A DNA stretch of 53,764 nt from Trichomonas gallinae (GCA_008369845.1 MRSU01004923.1:1-53764); one strand, 5' to 3'. Positions 1-12,226 are shown, numbered from the stretch's first letter. Numbers and translations: made by a program. Notes: generated from the letters alone by a model not told the origin.

Positions 1-457
1 AATTCTGTGAATTAATAATATAGAATGAGCACATAGTGACCATTAAAATGCTAGATTCCCATCAAAAAAATCCCGGTGGAATTTTCTTGGGTTCTACTGT
101 AGTGTCGAACCTGACCCGTTTGATTAGCAGAGCCATTTTTGACAATTTTAAAAAATCTGCCGGACTACCTTTATCATTACTTTACAATGTCAGATTTTCA
201 TGAATGGTTTTATACCAAATACACAACATAGGTATTGTTTTATACCAAATAGAAATTTTAATATAGATATGAAATCTATGAAACTAATAAGTATAGCAGT
301 ATTAAATTATTGATTAATATAAGCTTATATTAATTGATTCAGAAGGCTATGATCTAGATAATCTTTGAATAGAAAAATTATTTGATTCGTTTTGGGAACA
401 TATTACACTTACTTTTGAAGAAATTTAATAATTTTATTCTATGATGAAATTCCTTTG

Positions 458-1834
458 TTAATTTCCAAAGAACAAAGGAAGTTTGTCAAGAATAACAGTA
501 GCCAACTCTTCTATTTCTGGTGTTTGATCTAATTCTTCGAAATCTGAATCATTTTCATTTAACTCACTCTGTGAAATAATAAACGACAACTCTGAGGTTT
601 CCAATATCCTAAGAATTGCACGCAAAGATTTTTCTATGATTTTGTTTGATTCTGACGAAATTCCAACAATCAATGAGTTTATCAGTTCTGGTGTTGTGAT
701 ATCTATCAATGTGCTTTTCTGAATGCGCAGTAATAATGTTGATGTTAAAAATATCGAACTCATCATATTTTGAAAATCGTTTTGCTGCAATTCATACAAA
801 TAAGAGAGAATATCTGATGATATAAACATGGAAATAGCATCATCTGCGCATTTTGATGCAATTTTTGACATTGAATCACAAAATACACCAATAATCCATT
901 GTGTTTGTACATGTTTCATATGCTCCATTAGCAAAGGTATATCAAAAGGATAAATTGTGTCGTATTTATCTGCAATATTCCCTAATATTCTCAAAACATA
1001 TGATGCGGACAATAAATCAGACCATTCTGTTAATATATTCATAATTCTTTGCAAAATAAATGATTGCTCGAGATCTTGTGGAGTAATTTGATTAAATAAA
1101 ATCATTGTATTAATTGATGCCAAAGTATATCTCACTCCTGTATGGTTTGCAAGAGAAAAGAAGAATAAACTGATAAAATGTATTAAATGTTGTGGAGGAA
1201 CAAAACCAGATTTGGCCAATTGAAAATAGAAGAAATTGACGCTTTCTTTATCATCATCTTGAGAGTGTAACTCTACAGCAGCATCATTTATATCAGGAAA
1301 GTTAACATTATCGAAGAAAATTTCTGCAAATTTTGGATCTCGTATAATAATAAAGCCATATGATATAAATACCATATTTTTAGCTTCAAATATAGGACTC
1401 ACCATCAATTCAACAAGTTTTTTCTGTAGATTTAAATCAATTAAAGATTGAAAAATTTCGAATTTTGATTTTTCACATAGTATCGCAATAATTTCAAGTG
1501 CAATCTTTTGTATTTGACGATTTTCATCCAATTGTATATATTTTATCAATAAAATTAATATATCTTCCTTAATTTCATCGAAGATGTTATCATTTTCTTT
1601 AAATTGAGCAAGAAATGTCTTGACATCGTATAGCTTAAGTAGTATTGATGACAAATTTCCTTCTTGATCAGCTTGTATTAGTTGGACTAAATCATCATTT
1701 AATTCAAATTTTGCATCATCGTTGGAAACAAGTCCATTTTCTATATTTATTAGACTTTCTGCCTCGGTTTCTATAGACTCTTGCGATAAAAAAGCATCTT
1801 TTTTTGGTTCTTCAATTTTGAATTCATCATCCAT
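458..1834 (-). CDS. ARM/HEAT-like alpha-solenoid protein (importin-alpha-like trichomonad family), 458 aa
   Basis: Long ORF with helical Leu/Ile-rich repeats (e.g. IQKIALEIIAILC, VLRILGNIAD) and an acidic N-terminus MDDEFK; Inr-like TCATA about 25 nt upstream on the minus strand. Confidence 0.65.
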   Translation of the reverse strand: MDDEFKIEEPKKDAFLSQESIETEAESLINIENGLVSNDDAKFELNDDLVQLIQADQEGNLSSILLKLYDVKTFLAQFKENDNIFDEIKEDILILLIKYIQLDENRQIQKIALEIIAILCEKSKFEIFQSLIDLNLQKKLVELMVSPIFEAKNMVFISYGFIIIRDPKFAEIFFDNVNFPDINDAAVELHSQDDDKESVNFFYFQLAKSGFVPPQHLIHFISLFFFSLANHTGVRYTLASINTMILFNQITPQDLEQSFILQRIMNILTEWSDLLSASYVLRILGNIADKYDTIYPFDIPLLMEHMKHVQTQWIIGVFCDSMSKIASKCADDAISMFISSDILSYLYELQQNDFQNMMSSIFLTSTLLLRIQKSTLIDITTPELINSLIVGISSESNKIIEKSLRAILRILETSELSFIISQSELNENDSDFEELDQTPEIEELATVILDKLPLFFGN

Positions 1835-2599
1835 CGCATATATTCACTTTTTTTATGACACAAATTAGAAGAAAACAAATAATCTATCTTAACATCACAA
1901 TAAATTTATATTTCACATGAAAAATAAATAATCCTGTTTTGTTGCCTTCATAACTATGAATTGGCTATACTTACATATTTTAAACATACACATGATTTAC
2001 TATTAATTTTGAAGAATATATTACATATAAAGATATGTATATATTTGTGATACTGGTTGAAATTAATTTTCTATTCTGGCTCAAATATGCACAAGCACTT
2101 ATTTGGGTTCACAGATCTAATCTTGAAAATGTTTTACAGTACTGGGCAAAAAAACAAAGTGCGAAAAACCGATATTGGAGGCTCTGAAAATTTAAAATTG
2201 AATCTTAATTCATCTTTGTGCAATTTGACAAAGAGTTGTATTCATTGAGTAACAAGATATAAAAAATTGTTGACTCCTGCCAATTTTTCAAATGGTTTAA
2301 ACAAAAACTATCTACTTTTTTGTTAACTGTTGTGGGTGTCAAACACACCCGACTCACAAAGTTCTCAATTGATTGAAAGGACATTCAATAATTTCTGAGT
2401 GAATTCAAAGAAATTGAATGGGCATATCAAAAGTCAAGATTTGAATGGTAAACAAATATTTTGAATGTGGATAGAAAACGAAAGTATTATTTAAAGATAT
2501 AATATTGTATGTTATTATATATGCCATATTATTTACAAGTTTTTAACAAAAAAGAATGAAGCAAATTAATTGAAAGTCATTGAAAAAATTAAAACCGGT

Positions 2600-4488
2600 A
2601 TTTTGTTTTATATCTGCATCAAACATTACCTTTTCGCAGAATTAAATGTCCCAAATAATAACAATTGGTAGTTGTGACAATTTTCGCGGTTTCATTCAAT
2701 TTAGAATTCCCCTTGAAAAGAATAACAATTAATTCAAAATATATTGACAATTTGCTAAAATAAAAAGTGATCTATGCTTTCAAAAAGTATTTTATAAATC
2801 AAAAGGCTCAAAATTGAAGGAAAATTTACGAAAATTCAAAATTTGCTGGGTGCTATAGTCTTATATCCGCTGAAATCGGTGACAATATTCAAATAATTGA
2901 TAATTTTGCATTTTATGACTGCTCTAAATTAACATATGTTGATTTCCCAAGCTCGATTAAATCTATTGGATATTACTCATTCATTAAAACATACTAATCC
3001 GCACCTCTCCCTGAATCAACCGAAAACTTTGATGATGAATCTTTCGAACCAAAGCTCAATGAATTTATTTGCAAGCAGAGAATTGAAAAATCTCAATATT
3101 TAGATCGTTCCTCAGTTGAGTATGTAAATCATACTATTCCAAATACAGTTAAAGATATCAAAATACAAGCACATTATGGAAGCCATATCGAAACAATCGC
3201 AATTCCAGAAAGTGTAGAGTTTGTGGAACATGAAGCTTTTTTCAGTACTTATTAAAGAAATATAACAATCAAAGCCAAAAATATTCTATTCGGATCTATA
3301 ATGCTTGTAAAATCCAGGCTTTTAGAATCTATTACAGTTCCAGAAAGTGTTCATGTATTTGTCCATATGTCACTAATTTAATTTACTCTGATAATCGCAA
3401 TAAAATCATTCCAGGTGCTTATTCCGGATGGCAAGAAACATCAATAGAAATACCTGATACTGTCATTGAAAAAGGATTATATACATTTTATATCTGTTCA
3501 AATCTAGAAACAATAGATATCAATCTGTTAAAATAATCGGAGAAAATGCATTTCTAATGTTATTCTTTAAAATCAATTACCATTCCAGCATCCATAAATA
3601 TTATTAATTCATATACATTTTCTAGTAATAATTTAGAAACCATAGAAATCTCGAATTACGTTAAAATAATCAGAGAACATGTATTTTACTATTCTAGAAT
3701 GTTAAAATCAATTTACATTCCAAATTTAGTCGAAATAATAGAGGAATTTGCATTTTCTGAATGTTCAGCTTTAGCAAAAGTTGAAATTGGAAATTCTGTC
3801 CAAAAAATCGGACAAAATGCATTTTCAAACTGGCAAAGTTTAGAATCGGTAACCATTCCGAGTTCTGTGCATAAAAAACTAAAGTATATGGGACCAGAAA
3901 CTTTTGTCGCTTACAGCGGTCTTTCAAATCATATTTTTAATGGTTTTTTGCATACACAAATATCACAGAGATTATAATACAAAGTCACTCAATATTTTAT
4001 TATGATGCTATTGAAGGATGTAGCAATCTTCACCGAATCAGTTTTGGGGATATTAATTTATCTATCCGCGATCAATTTTCTTCTTACCATGGACCAAGAT
4101 TAATGACTGAAAATGAAGTTCGCTATATAGGAAAACTAGCAAATGATTACGATGTTAACACCATAACAACTCGATCAAATAAATCTTTCTGACACATTAA
4201 CAATTATTAACGACAATGAATTTTATAACTTCACGCGTAAAGTTATCTAGCATAGACTTTCCTCCTCATTTAAAGTATTTTGAAGATTTTACTATACCAT
4301 ACACAAAAATAACGGAGTTGATTGTTCCAGATTCTGTTGAATACTTTGGAAATCAATATCTACATTTAGATTATTTAAAAATGCCATCGAAAATCACTGA
4401 AATTAATAAGAATCATAGTACACCTTTATCTAAAACAACTGATATATATATATTAAGATTCAGAATCACAATTTGCTATCCCTCATAG
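2600..4488 (+). pseudogene. Degenerate BspA-like (TpLRR) leucine-rich repeat gene
   Basis: Fragments in shifting frames: FAGCYSLISAEIGDNIQIIDNFAFYDCSKLTYVDFPSSIKSIG (~2842-2970), LKSIYIPNLVEIIEEFAFSECSALAKVEIGNSVQKIGQNAF (3699-), ITELIVPDSVEYFG (~4310); many stops and frameshifts; boundaries approximate. Confidence 0.85.
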
Positions 4489-4994
4489 AATATTTCAATT
4501 ATTTTTCAAAGTATTAGTTGTTTTTTAATGATTACAATATACATTCATAATTAAAATTATTTAAATAATGATGCTAGATAAATAGTAGTTGTTAAAATTG
4601 CTAAAATGCTATAATAATTTGCATATTTCATTACTTCACACTTATGCAACTTTATTACATGACAAATATGTAAATTTTGTTACAAAAGGCTGCTTCAACT
4701 CAATTTTCTGAAACACAGTTTATGCCGCATTTTATCATTATATCACCCCCTCAATAAAACACATTGTGGTATTTGGTCATGTCCACCAATGCATTTTGTC
4801 CTTTTTTCTATGTTGTTTCATTTTCATTAAATTATTCCAAAAGTTATCTATAATGTAGTTATATTCGAATTATGAAATATTTACAAAATCGTGATTTTGG
4901 GCATATTTCGTTATATTTTTCGATTCAATAGCTTTGTTCAGAATTTGCAACGTCAATTTCCGATGATATATTTATGAAAAATGCCTCAGTTTTG

Positions 4995-6013
4995 ATGCAG
5001 CAATACATTTCATTTGTCTTATTCAAAGAGATACTATTCCAATTGATGTTTGGAAAAAGTTCTATGGCAATGAATATGATGGAAACTCTTATAATAGTTG
5101 CACAAATTGCAAAGTTGAAGCCAAGAAAGGTGAAATATTTGTTTCAGATAGTTTGTTCTTTAGCCAAAGCCAAGGATCCATTATTATCTCATCTGGCACA
5201 ATTAAATCCCTTCATTCTTCATGCAGATTCGAGAATTCCTACAGAAAAGAGTGTGGAGGATCTGTATATACTGACGCATCAAATCCAATTATCCAATATA
5301 GATTTTGTGCAATTAGCTCAAGATCTGACAGTATTGGTTTATTTTCAGATACACGTGTAGCATCAGGAAGTAATGATTTCAATTATGTCATTGAAAGTTC
5401 GGTTTCAAACTGTAAAGCTGAGTACTCAAGTCGTGTTATCACAATGAATAATGGAAACTGCGAAATATATGCGTCAAATTTTTCTAAAAACATTGCACAT
5501 ATGGTTGCAGCAATGTGTATAAACTATGCAAAAGATGACAGCATTGTAAATTTTTCAACTATTGAAAACAATATCGCTTCTTTTTCAATGAGCATGGAGT
5601 TTCAAGATGGCGTCAAATATCATGCATACTTGTGTAATATTGTCGACAACTCACAAAAATCATCCACTCAAGGAACTATCCGTACTAATAGGGCAGAGTT
5701 AATTGTTGAAAACTGTACAATTCTTGGAAACCCTGGATCAGGACCATCATTATATTCTGATGGAACTCTAAAGGTTATCAACTGCAACGTTGATAATCAT
5801 TTCTTAATAATGGGCAATGCAGCATCTGCTGTGAAAGTTTTCACAACTAAAGTCATATATAAACTTCATCACCTTTCAACATATAAATGTGAAGCATTAA
5901 ATACATATGAAGAAGAAATCATTAACATCACCTCAGTTAGAGATCATCCATATATATTATATTTTAGTTTTTTGATATATAATTTCGGTGTTCTCATAAT
6001 AGTAGAGTCTTAA
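4995..6013 (+). pseudogene. Beta-helix (Pmp/pectin-lyase-like) trichomonad surface-type protein, apparently frameshifted near its start
   Basis: Frame 4967-6013 is open but has no early ATG; ATG 4995 (MQQYISFVLFKE) is in another frame and joins IPIDVWKKFYG only via a shift near 5030; GGSVY and FxxN-type motifs; hydrophobic C-terminus. Confidence 0.55.
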
Positions 6014-6435
6014 TAAAATAATCAACATCGATAATTCAAAATATATATTGATAAAAAAATAATTTTGTAAAATAAATTGATTCAACAAGCGAAATGATAC
6101 TATTTTAATTATATTCTATCCATAATTATCATAGAAAGGATTCTTTAGCATGAAATTGCAATTTTTCAGCATATTTCTAAAATGATAAGGAATCATATAC
6201 TTGTATCAACATTCATTTTAGTATACATTGAAACTATTTAAATAATTGGATGCAAAAATGAGAAAGTATGTGACAGCTTAATGATTCTTAAATACAAATG
6301 TTACACTATTGAATTAAATTATTTGAAAATACAGTCATAATCAAATATACAACAATATATTGTTAGTAAATGCATCTCGTTGCATATGAATTTCTGTGCA
6401 ATAGGAATTAATTAAATGAAAATACAAACAAAAAT

Positions 6436-7137
6436 TTATTGAAAATCAGCAGCATGCCGGCCAACGACATCCATTGCTTTCTTTTTTGGCTTTCGCTTGG
6501 TTTGCTTCATTTTTTCTTCAGCTTCTGATAATTCAGATAAGTAAAGAGTGCTCACGCGGAAAGGAAAGCGAGAAGGATTATCACCGCGGTTTTTATGTAT
6601 TATTCTTGCTGTTTCTGGTACTTGAACATTTGAAACATCAACTGTATTAATCGGAATTGGTGCAACTGTCCTAGAAGTGCGTGAAGTCATTGCTCTCTCC
6701 ATAGAAGTCTTTGAACGACCTGTTGCCATGCTGCGGCTGGTACTTATCGATGATAAAGGCCCTCTTTCGGATGGTTTAATTCTTAACGGAATTTTATGTT
6801 CATCAAATGGCGGGGAGTTATATGTAGTTGATGATAATGTGCTTTGCGTGATTTCTCTTACTGTTTGAGGCGATAATGTCGCTAACGCATCTTGGTATAA
6901 GTCATGCTGCGTCTTTTTTGGATGCTCGAATGCTGTTTTTGGTCTTTTAGGTGGTATATATTTCTTTTTATAATCTATTGGTATTGGTTGGTTAATTATT
7001 TTTTTACCTTCATCATAAAAATGGAGCCATTTTCCGTGAGAACGCTTCTGTATACGTGCAGATGCCCATCCTCCGCACTTAACTTCCCTCAAATCGTAGT
7101 TTTTCTCTTCTTCAATGCCCCATTCGAATTTATACAT
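6436..7137 (-). CDS. Hypothetical basic, Ser/Thr-rich protein, 233 aa
   Basis: ATG-started ORF, GC higher than flanks; Inr-like TCATA and AAAGTGAC just upstream on the minus strand. Confidence 0.7.
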   Translation of the reverse strand: MYKFEWGIEEEKNYDLREVKCGGWASARIQKRSHGKWLHFYDEGKKIINQPIPIDYKKKYIPPKRPKTAFEHPKKTQHDLYQDALATLSPQTVREITQSTLSSTTYNSPPFDEHKIPLRIKPSERGPLSSISTSRSMATGRSKTSMERAMTSRTSRTVAPIPINTVDVSNVQVPETARIIHKNRGDNPSRFPFRVSTLYLSELSEAEEKMKQTKRKPKKKAMDVVGRHAADFQ

Positions 7138-7430
7138 AAAAATATCAAAATTTCGTCACTTTTATGACGTTATTGCTATATGAGTCTCGATAATTAAAAT
7201 ACAGCATATATAAATCATAATTATAAATATTAAATCATTAAAATCAATTTAAAAGTAAAAATAAGATTTACTGAGTATTTTAAACATTGTATTATTTTCA
7301 CTTTTTACTAACAATATTAGTGGTAAAAACGTCTAGAAAAGCGATTTTTTCTTAAAAAATTGAGTTTTGTAAAATTTTGACAAAAAAATGACATAACGTA
7401 ATATGTAAATCATACAAATATCCTTAAAAT

Positions 7431-7450
7431 ATGACACTCCGGAGTGTCAT
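7431..7450. repeat. Perfect 20-bp palindrome ATGACACTCCGGAGTGTCAT
   Basis: Self reverse-complementary; lies in a divergent intergenic region. Confidence 0.95.
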
Positions 7451-8071
7451 GTAAAAAGTTTAGCAAATTTATAGGAATATAGATATGCACAACAATTTCA
7501 ATCATACACAATTATCACATTCGATAATTACAGTTATATTCAGTTCTAATTGTTACTATTAGATTATTTTAGCTAAACACATGTATGCAACGAGGTACCT
7601 GCAATTCAACATCCATTATATTTACATATGTCAATGTTTTTATTATACATCAAAAATGTGTTGGTCATAAGATGAAAATAAAACATGTTTCTCTCATTTC
7701 AATAAATAATGTCACAGATATTGGACACAAGATTTTAATAATATATGCGTAGTAGATGAACATAAAACATATTATTCACGATATGAAAAGGTCCGTGAAC
7801 TGTGAGTAAATAACCTTATTATTTTGGCTGGATTTAAGTTTGGAATTAACTCCTTTGCATCAACTGGAATGGAGTGGTTAAATTCAAAAAGCCACTGAAA
7901 TTTTTGATTTCAAAAAGATTTCAAAAAATTTAGTAAAATGAAGGTAATATGGGAGTACAGCCCTCAAAAATGATGAAAACAGCGATCATCCGACGATTCA
8001 TTGATATATAATGATTTTTTTTTTTTTTTTTGTAAAAGTTTATCCGTCACTTTTTTCTTCAATCGATTGTT

Positions 8072-8917
8072 ATGGGCGGACTTTTTAGCGATCTCAATGA
8101 TGTCAGAATGAATGAGATTGACATTGGAGGCTACCCAGATCTCGAAAACACAATCGATTGTGCGATAAAACTCATAGAAAGAAGCAAAGGAAAAATATGT
8201 GTAATCACAGGAGCTGGAATTAGTGCACCGCAACTACCAACATTTAGATCTCGAGATAACAGTGGCTTGTGGGATGTTTTGAAAGCTCCAGATCTTTCCA
8301 AATCAAATTTTTACGAGAATCCTCTTCCTTCTTGGAGATTAGCCGCAAATGTTAGAAATTTACAAATAAACAACATATTAAAACACACTCTAGCGCATAA
8401 TGTCCTCCATCAGTTGATTATTGATGGAATCGTTTCAGATCTACTAACACAAAATTGCGATGGTCTTCATTCATATGGCGACAAATTCGATAATAAAGTT
8501 ATTGAATTGCACGGCTCCGCATCTGACTATGGCCGGTGCGAAAAATGTGATAAATTAAGAAAAGTCGATGTTTTGGAAATATTACACCAAGATAAATCAC
8601 CTACTTGTGAAGTATGTGGATCAGTTTTGCGTCCACTTGTAGCATTTTTCCAAGATACAATTCCAAAATATATAAGAGAAGGATCTGAACGAGCATTAAG
8701 CACATGCGATTTAATTTTAGTTGTAGGAACATATTGTGCGGTTGATCCGGTCCTCAGCTTCGTTCGTAATGCAAAACGTAATGGAACGCTTCTAATCGAG
8801 ATAAATCCAGCAGAAAGCAACGCATCTCAATTCATGGATGTTAGTCTCAGATATACAGCTAATGATGCATTCAAAATTATTGCAGAACATTTTTATCCAG
8901 ACGAATCTTTCGAATAA
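8072..8917 (+). CDS. Sir2-family NAD-dependent deacylase (sirtuin)
   Basis: GAGISA..PTFRS, TQNCDGLH, ELHGS, CEKC/CEVC zinc knuckles, LRP.V.FF, VVGT, IEINP; Inr TCACT at 8047. Confidence 0.95.
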   Translation: MGGLFSDLNDVRMNEIDIGGYPDLENTIDCAIKLIERSKGKICVITGAGISAPQLPTFRSRDNSGLWDVLKAPDLSKSNFYENPLPSWRLAANVRNLQINNILKHTLAHNVLHQLIIDGIVSDLLTQNCDGLHSYGDKFDNKVIELHGSASDYGRCEKCDKLRKVDVLEILHQDKSPTCEVCGSVLRPLVAFFQDTIPKYIREGSERALSTCDLILVVGTYCAVDPVLSFVRNAKRNGTLLIEINPAESNASQFMDVSLRYTANDAFKIIAEHFYPDESFE

Positions 8918-9272
8918 TGATTAATCTTAGCGTTTTATGTTTCTATCCTCAATAAATACTAATTGTACTGTCGTTTCAAATAGAAAATAAGATATTTTTT
9001 ATACGAACTTATATATTTTTTATACGATAATCAACTTTTATTGTTTCTAACTTTGGATTTATCATATAATCTATGATAACATTTGAAATCTTATATATTT
9101 TTAGTGGATTTACTAATGTTTTTTTCAATAAATAAAATTTTCATGATGATTTACGACTTGATCTATTATAAATGAAAACATCTTGCTTTCAAATGCAATA
9201 AAATCAGATTAAGTTACAAGATTTATAAAAAATTCGCATATTAAAAAATATAAAAACAAGATAATATATAAA

Positions 9273-10199
9273 TTACACTTCCTCAGTGCCATACTGAGTC
9301 TGAAAAGACGAGTGCATTCTATGATATGACCAAATATTGATATTATAAAATATTGAAATTTGAATAACACGTAAAACTTTCAGATACCAAGGAATGATTG
9401 GTGGAGGAGGTGCTACACCATTGTTAATATAAACTTGACGCACTTTGCAATGCTCCAACTTTCCAAGTCTATTGGCTTCAAAGGTGAAAAACTTATCATT
9501 GATGTGTGAGTTCGCAAAAATCCTATGGGCTGCTTCTTTTGTCAATAAACGAGTCACTAAGAAGTTGTCGTCTGTCTTAAAAATCTTGAAAATTCGATGT
9601 TCAAAAGATGAAAAAATATCTTTGGAATTCGGCCTAACACCTATAATCATTTGCCTGTGGTTCTTTCCTAGAGCAGACAAGAAAGTGTTGAAAGGCGATA
9701 AATCGTGAAATTCGTAGAAATCAAGAATAAAAACAATGTTTCCTTTGGATTTTAGTATTGATGAACGGAATAAATCAGCTTTAGTTAGTCTTGTACTGTA
9801 GCTACATATCATTAAAAGCTGGCATATCTGTGTATTAATTCGAATTAATGATCTATTTGAAATTCCTGATGTTTGGAATATGACGATGATTTGTATATTA
9901 TAATTAGAATGAATCTGTTTATAACTAGTTAAAAATTTGATTGAATTATTAATTTCATTTTCGTAATCTTCTGTTAAACCGAGAATAAATGTTGTATCTA
10001 TGGATATTGATTGATCTGGTTCAACAAGATGCTTCAATTCTGTGTCATGCTGCTTTATAGGTTTTACTCTTGTATGCAACTGCTCAACATCATCATATAG
10101 AGTTGTATCTGGGTACAATTTTACCAACAAAACGTAAATAAATGAAAATACCGCAACAATGAAAACACAGAAATTGATAAATTCAAGAAGCAAAAGAAT
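9273..10199 (-). CDS. Divergent ALG5-like (dolichyl-phosphate glucosyltransferase, GT2) membrane protein lacking an ATG at the expected start
   Basis: N-terminal TM followed by PDTTLYD; SKGNIVFILD (cf. ARGxxILxxDAD), IIGVR, LLTKEAAHRIF.N.H..KFFTFE (cf. LFTRxAAxxLFxNLHxxxWxFDxE); in-frame stop at 10206-10208. Confidence 0.6.
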   Translation of the reverse strand: MLLLLEFINFCVFIVAVFSFIYVLLVKLYPDTTLYDDVEQLHTRVKPIKQHDTELKHLVEPDQSISIDTTFILGLTEDYENEINNSIKFLTSYKQIHSNYNIQIIVIFQTSGISNRSLIRINTQICQLLMICSYSTRLTKADLFRSSILKSKGNIVFILDFYEFHDLSPFNTFLSALGKNHRQMIIGVRPNSKDIFSSFEHRIFKIFKTDDNFLVTRLLTKEAAHRIFANSHINDKFFTFEANRLGKLEHCKVRQVYINNGVAPPPPIIPWYLKVLRVIQISIFYNINIWSYHRMHSSFQTQYGTEEV

Positions 10200-10347
10200 T
10201 TTGATTTAACCTTAAAAAACTCCTGAATTTCAGATCTAATCTCATTCATATTCATACTATACTCTTCATACATAAACACATAATTCAAAAACTAGCCCTA
10301 TTACAATAATATAATTATTTAATAAAATATATATTTTCATATCATGT

Positions 10348-10908
10348 TTATTGGATTACACTTTTTATAGCATTAAGAACTTCTGGTGACTCTTTGACGA
10401 TGAAATGCTCCAAATTCTTATAATTTCTATATTCTAAGTTATTGTCAGGAAGCTCGTTGAGAATAAGTTTGATATGGTCGACTGATATCTTAGGATCATC
10501 ATCACTAAATAATAACTTCATTGGGCATTTTATTTTTCTAATATTTTCCCAATTTACGCCTACTGCATAAAATTTACGTCTTTCTGGTCTAGTCATCGAT
10601 GTTGGAGCAACGAGAACAACGCCTTTAAGCTTTGGATTGAGATATAATAAATCTCCAAGAATTTTTAGAACAAAAAAGCCACCAAGAGAATGTCCGACAA
10701 TATAAAGATCATCATATTCCTTAACTCCATCTAACAATGAACAAAATGTTTCTTTCCATTGCAAATAATCTGGATCATCAGAATGAGGATAAGAAGGAGC
10801 AATTACAAGAGTGTTGTCATTACTTAGTGTTTTCTTTACCCATGGAAGCCAGCATGATTCTTCAGATCCAGTAACACCATGAGTGAGAAAAATCAATTTT
10901 TTAGGCAT
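10348..10908 (-). CDS. RBBP9/YdeN-family alpha/beta serine hydrolase
   Basis: THG, WLPW, nucleophile elbow GHSLG, VVLVAP, SDDDP, late HF; 186 aa. Confidence 0.9.
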   Translation of the reverse strand: MPKKLIFLTHGVTGSEESCWLPWVKKTLSNDNTLVIAPSYPHSDDPDYLQWKETFCSLLDGVKEYDDLYIVGHSLGGFFVLKILGDLLYLNPKLKGVVLVAPTSMTRPERRKFYAVGVNWENIRKIKCPMKLLFSDDDPKISVDHIKLILNELPDNNLEYRNYKNLEHFIVKESPEVLNAIKSVIQ

Positions 10909-12226
10909 TAGTACAAAATGAAATTATGATTTTTAGTATGTAATAACAATTCTATAACCAACAACTTTTTCATAGGAATGAGCCATAAAACTTGAACGTA
11001 ATTGTAAAAAAACTTCAAAGGTTTGTAAATTGCACAGAAACATGAAAATATTATGATATATTGCATATAAATGAGTTTTCACTAGGTAAAATTGTTGAAA
11101 TATGATTATCTGAAAATTTAATATCAATTTATATGATCTCAATATATGTGTTAATTGCACGTACTATGTCGATAAGTGAAAAAGAAACTAGAACAATATG
11201 CAGGAAAAAGTTTCATTTGCTAAAATGAAGTTTCCATTTGCATGAATTCAAATATATAATACTAAATAACACATATTTTATGACTAGAAGCTTGACTTTC
11301 AGCTTGCGAATTATTTTCGAGATTTTGAATTCCGAGCATTTTGCTTTAAAACTAGATAAAAAGATGTTGTATATAGTGTCATTAAGCCATGCATTAATAA
11401 AATGAAACAAACGTAGGATTTTTTGATGAAGATTTTTGGCATCGAGTATATTAGTAAAGCATCGACAATAGAATCAGGAAACCAAAAAAATACGCATAAA
11501 TTGCCTTAAGTTTTGCATGTTTCAAAATTCGAAGTTTTGAATAGCTCTCTCAAAGTTTTATGTGTTGATAAGATGTTGCTAGCTGATTGTATTAGGATGA
11601 CATATCACCAATTCAGATTTGTGCATTAAAAAATTGAATGAAAAGGTCAAAATGTCGAAATTGACTGAAGAAACTGGCTAATTGACTAGGAATTATAATC
11701 TCCTGCAGATGGGTTTTACAATTGTTTTTGAATCCATTAAGAAATTGTTTGTGTTTGATATTTGAATGATTCAGAAATTTTTCACATTCAATTTTCTTAA
11801 GCTCACTCAATGTTTGGTAACGATTTATATCATATTTGAATTATTTAGAGTTGATCTATAATAAAATTGCAATTGTATACCATTCAAACTAACAAAACTG
11901 TAATCTGACAAATGTATCTGGAATAACTAATTAAATAATATTTTCGATTTTTAAAAATTCGCATTTCTTATCATTCAAATTCATTTACAATGACTCACAA
12001 AAAATTTAATATCGGCTTTTGCATTCAGCTAGAAAATGCTCTAAAAAGCAGAATAATCGCATAAATGTTTCAAACATTCTTCACAAAAATTGATTGCCAA
12101 CGAACTTATCATTTTTTTATGCTCGAATATGATGTATCATGGTAACAGGATAAAAGACAAAATCTTCAATCGATTGTTTTTTTTTTTTATTTTCAATATT
12201 AATACTGGTTTTTATCAAAAAAACTA

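Noticed and set aside
1..136. Minus-strand ATG at 136 (MALLIKRVRFDTTVEPKKIPPGFF*)
   Set aside because: Stops after 24 codons at a T-run and is cut off by the window edge; cannot be assessed
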